A DNA stretch of 64,000 bases. Source: Azolla caroliniana. Its lineage: Eukaryota > Plantae > Polypodiophyta. The DNA lies in the NCBI GenBank assembly GCA_043228905.1, contig JBHGNT010000015.1, positions 17,422,001 to 17,486,000 of the forward strand, in the 5' to 3' direction. Of the stretch, positions 1 through 13,949 are shown one piece after another. Under the pieces are notes generated by a model that was not told the origin of the DNA, did no database searches, and was given only the letters and a program-made list of their open reading frames with translations. Made by a program: the position numbers and the translations under genes. How positions within the stretch are numbered: the stretch's first letter is position 1; every line of letters begins with the position of its first letter.

Positions 1-1847
1 TTTCATTGACAAGACAAGCAAGAGTGAGTGCCAATCACTCCCAAGATACTTGTGTGTAGGCTATCTAGAACAACAAACTCTAAAAATCCTACTTTGCGAC
101 TTTATGAACCTTGCAAGATTAATTAAACACTTAACCATGTGAGGCTTTACTATAGCGGGAGCACTCAATAGAAATGATGACAAGGTGAAAATCACCAACA
201 TAAGCATAGTTTCCACCAATTGTATGATGATTACAAATATTAGGCTTATAACTGATAATTAAGGAACCGATTAACGATAACGAGGCTCAACCTATTACAA
301 ATTATGTTTGACAAATTGGGGGTAGAAAAGTTCAAACATATTATCTTTGTACCCCATTACAATATCAAGTTCTCCTTGTTTATTGCCCCACTTCTACAAG
401 CAATTTTTGTTGTATCCTTAGACCATAACATCAAAGGTGAGATGTGTGTTGTCTCAAGGTGCACACCACCGAGAGCACGCCTATTTATCTACGATGTTCT
501 ACCTCAACATTGATGTTGTGAACCAAAGGATTCAAACCACCATAATCCCTTTTGGTAGTGAACCCGGCAAGAATGGTTGTCAATCACTCCGAGCTCTAGT
601 TGTGCAACCCTAACCTCATAAACTCTCACTCACACCTCCTCGTGTTAACCCTCATTAAAGAGACTATGTAAGTCCTAAGAAAAGCTTAAAAAGTACACAT
701 ACACACATATAAGTAAAGACAAACAATATATGTGTTAATCATGACCCCGTCTCAATCAATATAAGAGCCTACAACACACATGTAAAAAGAGGAGTGATTA
801 AGGCATAATTAATCAATTAAACTTTATCACTCCATTCACTTAAGTGAAAGATTAAGGAAATGAGAAAAGAGAGCTAAAGATTAGGTTATAAGAGGAGAGA
901 AAAATCATGAGGGAAGAAGAGTTACAAAAATCACCAAAAGTTAATATTGTAGCTTTTTATAATGAAGTTTTGTCTCTTTCACATTAGGGTAGCCATTTGC
1001 CCTAGAGCTTTGATGGGAATTTTGTCCTATTCCTCTTTTCTCAAATCTTCAGTTGAGCTTGATGTTTATGTTGGTGACAATGTCTTCATGAATCATATTA
1101 CATACGCCAAGTACTTAACAAGATGTTATAAAGAGCTTTGTAGAAATGTGCAAAATCTTTGATCTTAATCGAGTGACATGTTACGACGAGGGCATGGGTG
1201 AGGTGGATATTAGATTAGATATTTTTTAGCGTCCATAGAAAGGCCAATATTGGCCCATGGGGCCTAAGTACAGAAGTTCTCTTGACGCGTTTCTCCTTCC
1301 TAAGAAGGGATACTCATACTTTGAAGTTTGAAGCACAAAGTCTCGATTTGTGAATAAGAGATACACATATGAGCTCAACCTTCTAGGTGTTCTCTTTAGT
1401 TTGATACTCAAGTCATCACCCCATCTTAATATGTCATCATAACTTTCATGAATTGCACTATTATCTTTATCTACGAACTTAACTAGTTATCTATTATGAT
1501 GATTAGCATTTTATTATGAGTTTTTAAGATAATTTATTATTTATTGATAGGTGTATGACATATGCCTATTGCATTTAGGATTTAGTTATTTGTTTACTTA
1601 TTGATTGATTGATTTAGTTGTTGTTACATATACATCTATAGATAATGTGGGTGAGGTATCATGGAGAGTAGTGGGGGCATGTTGGTTGGTAAAAGACGTA
1701 CATCCGAATGGGGAGGAGGTTGAGGTAGGAATGATGGACCCAGAAGGTTAGGGTGGAGGAAAGGTTGGGAGAGAAAGTGACTCGTGAGGGTAAACAAGAA
1801 AAATAGTAGGGCAAAAGAAGCAAGAGCGTAATGGATGATAAAAGGAA

Positions 1848-2646
1848 ATCTTGGTAGGGATTGTATGGAGGGGTGAGAGAGAAAGAGAAACAAAATGGAC
1901 CGTAGGTTAAAAGGTATGCACGAGAACTCATGAAAATTAGCGGTAGCTACATTTTGACATGAAAGAAGGATTGGACGCACAAGCATTACAAGTTACAACT
2001 AAACCGCGAAGGCTTTTCTTGAAGGTTTTTGGTGTCTTATTGATAAAAAGTACACTTAGATTTAACAATGCATAGTATATTCTACTTTCACTCAATTGCC
2101 TTAAATTCACATATCATCTTGGTAGGGATTGTATGGAGGGGTGAGAGAGAAAGAGAAACAAAATGGACCGTAGGTTAAAAGGTATGCACGAGAACTCATG
2201 AAAATTAGCGGTAGCTACATTTTGACATGAAAGAAGGATTGGACGCACAAGCATTACAAGTTACAACTAAACCGTGAAGGCTTTTCTTGAAGGTTTTTGG
2301 TGTCTTATTGATAAAAAGTACACTTAGATTTAACAATGCATAGTATATTCTACTTTCACTCAATTGCCTTAAATTCACATATCATCTTGGTAGGGATTGT
2401 ATGGAGGGGTGAGAGAGAAAGAGAAACAAAATGGACCGTAGGTTAAAAGGTATGCACGAGAACTCATGAAAATTAGCGGTAGCTACATTTTGACATGAAA
2501 GAAGGATTGGACGCACAAGCATTACAAGTTACAACTAAACCGCGAAGGCTTTTCTTGAAGGTTTTTGGTGTCTTATTGATAAAAAGTACACTTAGATTTA
2601 ACAATGCATAGTATATTCTACTTTCACTCAATTGCCTTAAATTCAC
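1848..2646. repeat. Near-perfect tandem triplication of a 268-bp unit
   Basis: ATCTTGGTAGGGATTGTATGGAGGGG... starts at 1848, 2116 and 2384 (period 268); copies nearly identical, third ends at ~2646. Confidence 0.95.
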
Positions 2647-5352
2647 GAATTATGGGAAACTAACCACACAATATGCCATTCTTGTGGACATACACTTGAG
2701 CACACAAAGCACTTCAAAAAATTGACTAGATACATTTGTTCAATGAATATATGTAAATGGACATGCATGTGAAGACACAAACATACTTCCTAAAACTTGA
2801 CTAGATACAGATGGAAAATACAAAAACATCTTTCCAAAAATGGACCAAATAAACCTATGCAATCAATATAGATGGCCACATCCTTGTTTATCACACCAAA
2901 ATGGATCAGAAATACACCGATGCAATGAATATAGATGGACATTCACTTGAAAACAAAAAACTTTCAAAAGAGCATTTTGCCTTACACAATATAGAGGGCA
3001 CAAGAAGACTAAAACGACCATACCAAGGATGACTACGATGGCATGTTAACCAACTAGCCGACACATATGTGTTTAATCAAATTTGTTACCCATTGATGGT
3101 ATCTTCAATAAACTTTATTTAACAAATAAGCATATTACATAAGATGCATTTCTACATGTTGGTATAACTAGGCCGTGTACATCATTATACCTTCTATCGA
3201 GTACTCCAAAGCTCCATACATACACATTTGTGTTAGTTACGCAAGCATAGATTTGTGCATCTTTAATACATCAATAACAGTATCTGATTTTCGGGACATG
3301 TATACTCTTGGTCACATGTGAACATGGGCCATAAGAATTTCTCGTTTTGATCTATTATCAAAGTTTTGAAACCACTAGGCCAACAACCTATAGACATGAC
3401 ATACTGTAGATAAGCCTAAAGCTACATCTTCATCTTTGAGATATCTAAAATTTGGCCTATATGAAGACATTATATGCACATTCTTTGACCCATACATAAT
3501 GTATCACACAAATGAAAAATAACATTATATAAAATTGCCCCTATTTTTAATACCGTCCAAATTGAAAGATTCATATGTTATACCGGGTTTAAAAGTGATA
3601 GATACATTTGTGGATCAAATTCTAGGACAAATAGTGATCATCTTCGAGTCCCAACTTAGAGCAATGCACAACCTTGAAGATGACCGGAGAACATTGACTT
3701 TTTAACGCATCATTAACATCATTATGAAGTGTTGCATTCTACGTAAATGCCAATAGGGCAACTCTCATCATGGATGATGCAAATGTGTGCATTATTCTAC
3801 AATTACCATACTCATAAAGGCATAAATGATAAGGGGAGGCTTAAGTAGGCAATGAGAAGATAGGGCTAATAGGGCCGTCCATATCCAACTTTAAAAATCA
3901 AATCTCTTATTGTTTGTTTTATTTTTGTAATCAACCCACCTTAGTAATAAGATATCCAATCCCTTTGTCTCAAATATTGAGTTTCACCTAGATATATTCT
4001 CTTCTAATTTTACTAGATACAATTACAGAATGTAGGGGTTCGAACATATGATCTTCTAGTTTCTGCATTCTTTTTCTCTCACAATCATAGTGGTGTACTC
4101 TCAATAGCTACATGCATCAGTAATGCTCATGAACATCGGAAGTCACTTATCATTTTCACATGTATTGCATGAAATTATTATACTTTTGGTCTCATAGGTC
4201 ATATTTGACTTCTAAAGACAATAATAAGATGTGGACAAACTGTTGGATTGTAATACCATATTCTGGATATAGATGAAGTAAATGCGATGAATAACTTTAC
4301 TATCTGGCTGGAGTTTTTAGCTCCAAACAAGTGTGGACAAACCATTGAAACTAGTTGTCAAATGTATTTGTGAAACAAAGATCGGACCACAATGTCATAC
4401 AATATAGATGGGAGTAAAAACAAAGAGATATCAATGAGTAGAAAGTAGCAATTTGAAGTACAAACTACTGTATCTTATCACTTTTGGCAAAAGGAAATTC
4501 TATTCACAACATCACTTTTGATATGAGAGAATTCTGTGTTCCAATCAACTCAAACTCACGACACACTTACCATCTAACAAGCTTTGAACATGTTAGGGAA
4601 AAGTAAAATAAAGGAAAACATCACTTTTACCATGTTTGGAAAGTCGTCACTCTGTAAAACCTAGGGAAGGCTCCAAAGTAACGTCACTATTAGCATTCTA
4701 GGAGATGCTTGAAAAGCAAGATGAGAGGATAGGACCCATCGTATATCGTCATTGCAATAACCCGTCGAAAAAGTATAATGGGAAAGTGTGATACTCTTCT
4801 TGACTTTATCTTGATCAAGAGATGCTAATATGTTCTCTTGACATCGACCACACACACACACACACCCAAACTAACTATCCATGTTTGTGTGCGTCTCTCT
4901 CTCTCTCAGATGTTAAAATACTCTCGATTGGGAAAAACAACGTAATAATGTGCCCAAAACATAAGTTCTCGAGGAATGGATTGAGTGGTTTATGTTCTTA
5001 AATTTCCACTTTCACATGTAGGGGAGGGATGGATCTAGAAATTTTGTGATTTAAAGAATACATTCATTTCCTCTTCTTTTTATTATCATCAAAAAAGCAT
5101 AAGTTGATCACTATAAATTCACAAGACCTATTTGTAGAATAGGGTTTCCCTTGAAAGAGCATCATTTGTATGAATATATGGGACGTGGTATACCTAAAGG
5201 CACTCCTACCTTTGTTCAACTTATTGCCAAAAGAATTTCTTGCTTATGAAGTGGTTTCCAATGAATCCATTGATTCTCGATCCCCCCCACCCCCTTGGCG
5301 TTGGCACGAATGTCTCAAAGGCAAGTGTCGGGCGGGTTTCCAAAACTTATTA

Positions 5353-7988
5353 TTAGCAAGGCATTTCGAAGCCCATATAGTCTCCTTCCTTCAACTGAAC
5401 CCATGCATCCCACGATCCGAAGCCTGCCATCAATATCGCGCTAATCCCCATTACGGTACTCACGGAAAACACAATCAACGAGACGCGCCCATATCTTACG
5501 ATAAATGTTTGAACCAAGTGGAGACCAATGACCGAGAAAACCAACGCCACAGCCGCAGAGACGAGCGCATACAACTCGGGGATTCGTCCCAACAACCAAT
5601 ATTGGACCACAGACAAGGAGGACGAGAAGAAAACCACATATGAGCATGTGGCGGCGGTCACCTGTCCACATTCAACATTGAAAGGCACCAAGGTTTTTGG
5701 TCATGCACCAAGTTTCACGAAGGCCCTCTCTCCACAATACAATAATGATAAGCTTAAGGACATAAATAATAAATCTTAAGATGGGCTCTCTCTTTAGAAG
5801 AAGACTTAAGGAATTTATTTTTACCTGGGGGTGCATGCCCATCTCTATGAGAAGAGGACTAATGATAGTACCCCCTCCAAGTCCAAGCATTCCTCCTAGG
5901 AACCCAGCACCTAGAGCAAATGCTGAAGTCACAACCATTGATTTCACATCTACCACGTATCGGCGAAGATCATCCAATGGTTCTTCGTCGTCCTCATCCT
6001 GGGATGGGAAGCACAAATGTAGGTGAAGATTGATGATCATAACACACACCATTCATTCGCATCACGAACCGTGGGATTATTAAGACAAATTGGGGTGTTT
6101 TTTGTGTATGTAATATATCATATATCAAGAAAGGCCATGGCCATAAGGTACCTTGACAAATTGGGGTGTTTTTTGTGTATGTAATATATCCTATATCAAT
6201 AAAGGCCATGGCCATAAGGTACCTTGGTATGGGCCAATGACTCCTCCAATGCCAGCTTCCGAAGGTATACGATTGTAACCAAAGTGACGATGATCGCAAT
6301 GGGAATTTGGGATGATGTGATGATCCAATAGGCAGTGCCACATTGTTCTATGCCAAATAAGTTCTGCCAAAACATGGTGTTGTTAATCATATTCCTCATC
6401 AATGTTAATGTTAAACATATTCCTCATCAATGTTAATGTTAAACATATTCCTCATCAATGTTAATGTTAATCATATTCCTCATCAATGTCAATGTTAATC
6501 ATATTCCTCATCAATGTTAATGTTAAACACATTCCTCATCAATGTTAATGTTAAACACATTCCTCATCAATGTTAATGTTAATCATATCCATCATCAACT
6601 CAATAAGAGATCTCTAGTGGGAACCAAAGCATGCCATGCCAAACACACGATGTTATTTCGGATGACCGGCATTATACCTGTCCATCCGAGCTCCCTCGGA
6701 GGAGCTGCAAAGCAAGGAAGGCGACCCAAATCAGGGTTAACATCGTCAGCTCGAAAGGAGGAAACTGAGGATGCTTCTTCTTCTTCGTTGGTGTTGCGGG
6801 TACGGGGGGCTCGAGTAGGGGTTGTTCAAGATCTTGCTTGGTCTCATCATCATCGTTATATCGTGGTTGTCGTGGTGATGATGGTTGGGAATGAAGGCCA
6901 TTATGAGGATGATAATGCCCATTCTGGTGGGTGTGAAGATCACCCGCCAAATCATCCTGAGGATTCTTCTCAGGGGGAATCTGGATCTTCCTCACATTGT
7001 TGATTATGTCGGATTCCTTTTGCCAGCGGAGGGCCGCGCTCCGGCAGCTGCGGAAGGTCATGAGGAAGAGGACTACGATGAGGATGGCCGTAACAAGCCA
7101 TCCGGGGGACATGACATTGCAAATGACCCCCCCACTTATGCCCAGCAGGACATTGGGCAAGAAGAGGAGCGCGATTTGGTAGTCGATGAGGGGCTTATCA
7201 TCATTACCATCATTACGATCTTCTCTTCCGGGGACTTCTCTTTCGGGATTGCCCGGTTTCTTCTGGAATGAGTACCAGATTATGTTCACAATGATGCCCC
7301 CCAATATCATGCAGCTCGACAAGGCGGCCGAGGTCTTGGAATCGAAGCCGAGGAGGAGGTTGAAGATGGGCACATAGAGGCCCCCCCCTCCTACCCCGCC
7401 CGCGCTCGACAGACTCGCGGCAGCTGCCCCGCATATAATGCCGGCTATGGTCCTCCAGCTCGACAGCTCCACGCTTGTCGATGCGAGCCCGGCATTGGGC
7501 CAGAACCGCGGGTATGTTAGTTTTCCTCCTCCGTCGGATCGGAATGTTCCGGAGAAGATCGATGCCCATGAAACTGTGGTCTGAGGATCAGACAAGAGCT
7601 TATGGTAGCCCGCGGGAAATTGTGTAGTAGAATTGGTTGGATCGGATCGAAATGTCCGGATTCCGGTAGAGAGAGGTTCGGACAAGAATAGGGGGCTTCT
7701 GCCATCATCATCATCATCATCATCATCGAGGATGTAGCTGGATCGGGATATGCTGGCAGAATCGATGCCAGTTGGGACTGAATCCTCGTTGATTGGGGTG
7801 GAAACCTCCTGGATTAATCCGATGAAGTCTTCTTTCCCGAGGACACGAATCGAATCTTTGTATGTTGATCTGGTTGAATCTCTGATGGCGATGGAGGAGG
7901 AGGAGGAGGAGGAGGAGGCGAGAGGCAATAGCAGCAATGGAAGGGAGAGTAGAAACAACAGAGTAAGAGCAAAAGTAGGGTAAAGCAT
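5353..7988 (-). CDS. Sulfite exporter TauE/SafE family membrane protein; exons 7988-6678, 6363-6223, 5998-5825, 5661-5353
   Basis: Motifs SSAGGVGGGGLYVPIF, PLIDY..ALLFLPNVLLGIS.G, GGMLGLGGGTIISPLL, HPQVTAATCS..VFFSSS; three phase-0 GT-AG introns join the pieces in frame; first in-frame ATG at 7988 (ORF track starts at TTG 8039). Confidence 0.9.
6084..6225. repeat. 71-bp tandem duplication in TauE intron 2 that includes the splice donor
   Basis: GACAAATTGGGGTG...CCATAAGGTACCTT at 6084-6154 and 6155-6225. Confidence 0.9.
6380..6598. repeat. 28-bp minisatellite (~7.5 copies) in TauE intron 1
   Basis: CATATTCCTCATCAATGTTAATGTTAAA recurs at 6388, 6416, 6444, 6472, 6500, 6528, 6556, 6584. Confidence 0.95.
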
Positions 7989-8641
7989 GGTGTTGTGTAG
8001 GGAAGCAGCAGCAGAAAGATAAGGATATGGAAAGAGCAAAGAACAGGAATAGGGTTTGAAAGAATCAGAAGAAGAAGAAGAAGAAGAAGGAGAAGGAGAA
8101 GAAGAAGATGGGATTGATTGAAGACAAGAGGAGGCTATGGAGGAAGGGAAGGTTTAAAATATGATGGGCGATACAGAATGGAGGGGTTAGGAATCGAGCC
8201 ATGGCGGATGTATTTGCCCTAGAAGGCGGCAGAGAAACAGATACGCTCAAAGCACGATGGGATGAAATCGGCCCCCCCCCTTTCTTCTTCTTTCTTCTTC
8301 TTCTTCTTCTTCTTCTTCTTCTTCTTGTTGCACCTTCTGAGTCATCCATGCTTCCTTCCTGCCTCATTCTTGTTAGAGAGAGAGGCCTGACCATAGCCAG
8401 GAAACAGGCTGGCCCTCAAAGAGGCTCCACTATCCATTTCCGTCCAAATTTGCTTCCTCATTCATTGATTCCAAAAATGAACATACAAGAAAAGTGAATA
8501 ACACTCTTCTCTGTCTGATCAGACACACACACACACACACACACACACAGAGCCTGAGGAGAAAGACAGAGATGGATGGACACCCCCCATGGATCCTCTT
8601 GTTCTCTCTATTGGTCAGGTCTTCATTTTCCAATGGATCCC

Positions 8642-9350
8642 GGACAACCTATGGATGGCCATCCATAGATTGTCCTGTAGAGCCCATATGGCCATCCATA
8701 TAGGTTGTCAGATAGAGCCCAAAAGGCCATCCATAGGTTGTCAAGTAGGACCCAGAAGACCATAAGTAGGTTGTTTGGTTGAGCCCAGAAGGTCATCCTT
8801 AGGTTGTTCGGCAGAGCCTAGAAGGCCATCCATAGGTTGTCCGGCAGAGCCCAAAAGGCCATCTGTTGCTTGTCTCGTAGAGCCCAAAAGGCTATCCATA
8901 GGTTGCCTGATAGAGCCCAAAAGGCCATTCGTAGGTAGGTTGTCAAACAGAGACCCATAAGGCCATTCATAGGTTGTTCGGCAAAGCCTAGAAGGCCATC
9001 TGTAGGTTGTTCGGCATAGCCCAGAAGGCCACCCGTAGGTTGTCCAATAGAGCCCAGAAGGCCATCCGTCGGTTGTCTCATAGAGCCCAAAAGGCTATCC
9101 ATAGGTTGCCCGATAGAGCCCAGAAGGCCATTCGTAGGTTGTCAAGCAGAGACCTAGAAGGCCATTCGTAGGTTGTTCAATAGGGCTTGGAAGGCCATCC
9201 GTAGGTTGTTAGACAAAACCCCAAAAGGCCATCCACAGGTTGTTTAGCAGAGCCCAGAAAAAAGGTCATCAATAGGTTGTCTAATAGAGCCTCGAAGGCC
9301 ATTGGTTGTCAAATAGAGACCTAGAAGGCCATTCATAAGTTGTTTGGTAG
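8642..9350. repeat. ~33-bp tandem array (~20 copies) upstream of TauE, headed by a 34-bp palindrome
   Basis: Consensus GGCCATCCATAGGTTGTCCGGCAGAGCCCAGAA; palindrome GGACAACCTATGGATGG|CCATCCATAGATTGTCC at 8642-8675. Confidence 0.92.
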
Positions 9351-10318
9351 ATACCTAAACCCCATGCATCCAACCAGATACCCCCTCCCACTCAAGGGCC
9401 TTGCGTTTGACAGACAAGTTTGCAACTTGGCCACTAGGGTAAGTTTATTACGTTCGATATATTCGGTAAAAGCCAGTCTAAATCAAATGTCCGACATTGA
9501 ATCCCCCCTTTGGCACAACATCCAACTTGGATTGCTTTGAAAACATGACCTGTGGTAAAAGAGATTGCATTTCTCCATACAACACTCTTGATTTAGACAA
9601 ATGTGTAGGTCCGTAGATTTATCCGTCCTCCCTATACTCTAGATTGCTTGAGTTTGTCTTGGAAAAACGAAACAAAGTGAAGAGAGTTTGTTTTCCATGC
9701 AACTTTCCCCCCATATAAGGACAATGATCGATTGACAAGTCCACATCTCATAAACATAAAACCCATAGTTCTTCCCTTAAAAGTTTTGCTAGATCAAAGT
9801 CTACTTCTCGTACCTTTGAAAATCTTTACCATGTAGGAAATGATATTCCACAAATGCAAGAATGCGTAATCCGCTTTTCTTCGTAATTTAGAATTTTTTC
9901 CCAATACATATATATATTGTATACTTGGTTTGGCTTTGCAACTTGTGAGGCTCAAAATTTTCCTTTATCTGTATACGTAAATGGATGGATAGATAACTTT
10001 GATGTATAAATGTGTGTGTATGCGAGTAGATCGTACGTTTGAATGCCTTTTTTTATGCAACATTGCACAACCTTGCACACTCATATTTATTCCTCCAAGA
10101 GAAAGTGAATTGCATTGCACTAAAAAGAAAACATCTTGCCAAGGAACTTTCTTCCTTTACTAGAATATATGCATATAATACTATTAATACAAAGATTCTT
10201 GAATCTAGACATACCGTACATGACATGTACATGTGCGTTGAGACGTAAAGAAAGCGAAAAAAGCAAGGGACAATGTCAAAAGTGCTCATCGTATATAGGG
10301 TAATATCAAGTCTGGCCC

Positions 10319-10530
10319 CCTTGTAGTTCTAGGAATATCACCATGTATGCTCGATCAATTTCATGGTTTTTAAACCTTCTCCTTGTAGTTCTACGAATAT
10401 CAGTATGTATGTTTAATCAATTTGCCTAGTTTTTATATCTAACCCTTGAAGTTCTTGGAATATAAGTGTATATGTTGATCGGTTTCTTGGTTTTTAAATC
10501 TACCCCTTGTTGTTCTAGGAATATCAATAT
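10319..10530. repeat. Degenerate 62-bp tandem repeat (~3.5 copies)
   Basis: CCTTGTAGTTCTAGGAATATCA-like heads at ~10319, 10381, 10443, 10505. Confidence 0.8.
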
Positions 10531-12559
10531 GTGGCATGCGTTTTTATTATAATTTATGGTAACTTTATGGGACGAATATTGTTCTTTATTTAAAACCTAT
10601 TTAAATGAGGCAAACAAATACAATGCAAACATTTTTATCACAAAACTCATTTTATTCGCATATACTCACATACAACGATCATAAAGTCGGGGGGTTGTAC
10701 AAGCTCCTTCTCGAACAAGAAAGACATAGAAAGAGAGAGCCAAAGTAAATAAAGCTATCATGGAGACTAGAAAGTCATGCATTCAACACCTACATTCTAT
10801 TACATAATCTAGTAAAGTACTCTTAAAGTTATGTAAACATAGTGTGATGCCTATTAGAGATATAATATCTTCTAAGTGATGTAGTAGTGTATTTTGCCTT
10901 TATAAAATTACATATAGTGTCATTTATGAGATATGGTATATTGGATGGAACAATCGTTGTATGATCGACTAATTGCAAGTTCATGGGAGAATACAAGAGA
11001 AAGGTTTTGGACATAAAACGACATTGACATAACAATATACTTAGTAGTCACAATGATTAATCATGATTTTCTTACTATTGCAACTCAATCTTATCAATGG
11101 TAGAGAGAATTACTCTAAGAAAATTATATTCCTAGACTCTAAGACTTAGAAAATTGGACTCATTTTGCTTGTGCAAGATAACACGTGATCCTTAAGGTCA
11201 AGTGTCACACTGTCAAGTTGTAGATGAGCTTGGATTGCCTTTCCATGTATTTACACTACCCTTGAAACTCGATGTGTGACGTGAATATAGGCTTAATGCC
11301 ATTAAAAATTGCCCAAGCTTGTCTACTCCAAGCCCTTTTGGTAAAAATATTCTACTTTTTCCACTTGACTTGGACATTGGGTTTCTTGCCAAATATATAT
11401 GCGAAACTTGTGATGATACAATAGTTGAACAAAGTTGTCAATGTGAATGTCCAAATCTTATAGGATATACTTGAGTCATAACATTACACCTCTATACTCT
11501 ACAACCCGAAAATCAATAGATAGTCGGTGCAACTAGATTGCTTCCTTCTCTACTTCCGATGCTACAATGTACTTTGCCTCTGTTGTAGACAAGGTTATGC
11601 ACTCTTGAAGCTTCGACCTCCATGATATGACAGCCCCGCCATAGGTGAAAAGATAGCCTTCGACTTCGGTCGTATTTGCAAATCCGAAAATTTGTTGTAC
11701 GTCTTCAGTTCCTTTTAGATACCTAAAGACGGCCTCCCAATGCTTTCGTCTTGTGTTCGACATGTATCGGGTGACGACCCCCATAGCGTATGCAAGGTCG
11801 CGTCGCATCGCCATCATAACGTACACGATACTTCCTACCGACGATGCGTAGGGTAACTTTCCAATGAGCTTTCTCTCCTCATCTATCGAAGGAGAGTCTA
11901 TGTCTGATAGACTGATCGACATCTGTAGCGGAGTCGATGCTGGCATCACGTTCTCCATATTGAAGCACCTCAGCACCTTTCGAATGTAGTTGGACTGGGT
12001 GAGCCACATAGCCTTTTTTTCCAATTTCACTTGATCCTCATGCCTAGTATGTGTCGGGGTTGTCCGAGTTCCTTCATCGCGAACTTGTCATGAAGGCTCT
12101 ACTTTAGCTTTTTGATTTCGGCTTGATTGCTCCCTGCAATAAGCATGCCGTTGTCGTATTGGATCAGGGACTCGTAAGCTAGATGTCGAATATACATGCA
12201 TGGGTCGGAGTCGAACCTAGTGGTAGCCAAGTTGCCAAATGTAGGAGTCAAACTTATGGTACCACATCCTCAACACATGTTTTAAGTTGTAAAGGCTTTT
12301 CTTCAATCAACATATGACGCGACCTTCCTCCCCCTTCGCTGTGAAGCCTGCCGGTTGAGACATATAAATGTATTCTTCCAAGTCTTTGTGTAGGAATGTC
12401 GTCATCACGTCCAACTGCTCGAGCTCTAGGTCTTCAGTCGCCACGACTCTGAGCAGGAGCTGAAGGGTAGTCATCTTGACTACTGGTGAGAATATCTGGT
12501 CGTAATTGACCCCATGTTCTTGTTTGAATCCTTTTGTGACGAGTCGTGCTTTGTATTTG

Positions 12560-13386
12560 TGTTACCTGTAAGTAACAATCGGCAACGGTTCGGTTCAGTT
12601 TGAGAGGGTCCAAACCAAACCGTTTAATTTTTTTGAAACCTGAACCAAACCAAACCAAACCGTGAAACCATTAAACCGTAAAAACCGCGGTTTCGTGGTT
12701 CGGTTTCGGTTTTCAACATAGGTCAAATTTTTAATTTTTTAAAATTTATAATATTTCATTATTTAAAATTTTTAAAATTTTTAAGATGTTCCTAAAATGT
12801 GAGAATAAGTTGTAAAAATGAAAAGATTGTTTAAAACAAATTTTAAATTTTTTTAGAATTTTTAGAATTTTTTTAATAAAAAATAAAAACTGTTAAACCG
12901 TTTAAACCACGGTTTTTGACAGTTGAAACCAAACCGAAACCGAACCGAACCATTTAAACCGTTAAGCCAATCTGAGCCGATTGTTCGGTTTCGCGCGAAC
13001 CATTGCCGATTGTTACTCATAAGAATATACCGGGAAGCATAAGGGGTGGAACACGATAATGTGGTTAATGTGTATGTGTAATGTGTATGAGTGTGTGAGG
13101 ATGAGTATGTGAGGATGAGTATGTGTATGAACACAAGCACATTTGTGTGCATGTATAGAAAAGTGAGAGAGTGGGTAAGTAATGTAACTCCCTACTTGTC
13201 TCATTCTTTTGTAACGGTTACCTCTTGTACTATATAAACCCCACCCATGGGGCATAATGGAATATAGCTTTTTCCCTCTCATTTTGTATTTGTCTCATTG
13301 TTTCTCTTTCCTTCTCTTTCCCTCACATGTAACCCCCTTGGGAGGGGGGTGGATCTATTCTAGGCTTCACCCCCCACCCAACAACA
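12560..13386. mobile_element. Solo LTR inserted in the Copia remnant
   Basis: Begins TGTT, ends AACA; 5-bp TSD ATTTG at 12555-12559 and 13387-13391; removal restores the Copia EKPKYKARL frame; TATATAAA inside at ~13231. Confidence 0.8.
12573..13015. mobile_element. hAT-like MITE nested in the solo LTR
   Basis: 20-bp TIR TAACAATCGGCAA(C/T)GGTTCG; AACCG/CGGTT-rich subtermini; degenerate 8-bp flanks CCTGTAAG / CTCATAAG (compatible with an ancestral CCCGTAAG TSD). Confidence 0.8.
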
Positions 13387-13949
13387 ATTTGGGCTTCTCT
13401 GAACCGGTGACATTTATATCGGAAGACCCATTTGCAAGGTAGCGGCTTCCTTCCACTTGGTAATTTGACTAGCGTCCATGTTTGATTCTAATGAATCGAG
13501 TCCATCTCGGATTTCATGGCTTGTAGTCATGTGTTGGCATTTGGCGCGGCTATGGCTTCCTTGTAGGAGCTCGGTTCGCCTACATCCGTGTCATTGACGT
13601 AGTCAAGGCTCGGTTGATAAAACTCTGTTGGCCTTCGAACACATCTAGACCTCTTGGGTGACGATTTTGTTGGTTTGATTTCTTCAATTGGCTCCGGCGG
13701 CCGATCTATATTACTTGAACCGTCTTCAGGAGTCCTGTTGGATGATTCGCTCCTGCAATAGGATTTCAGCGATGTCAAGTCATCCTCCCCGTTTTCAGGA
13801 GTGATTGATGGAGGGAGTTGTTCCTAGTTCAGTTCGGCTCGGCCTCTTGGCACCTTAGCCTATTTGGGCGAGTTGGTCATATTGACTCTATGGGTTTCGT
13901 GTCTTGTCAATCTCGTAATGTATAGAATGTTGGAGACGATTTATGTCAT

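Larger units (their letters stand above)
11330..13800 (-). mobile_element. Degenerate Ty1/Copia pol remnant (RT-RNase H), interrupted at 12560-13386
   Basis: EPSSYKEAI, EKPKYKARL (split by the insertion), IFSPVVK, PYASSVGSIVY, GGAVISWRSKLQECITLSTTEAKY; many stops and frameshifts; no LTRs found; ends approximate. Confidence 0.85.

Noticed and set aside
1-1800. Short ORFs or possible LTR remnants
   Set aside because: No recognisable protein motifs, termini or TSDs.
8775-9102. ORFs with 11-aa repeats (EPRRPSIGC...)
   Set aside because: By-product of a 33-bp tandem unit; no ATG or splice support and interrupted by stops.
8657-9350. CRISPR-like appearance of the 33-bp array (also the 52-bp and 146-bp arrays)
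   Set aside because: Units are contiguous degenerate tandem repeats with no unique spacers, there are no cas genes, and the context is eukaryotic.
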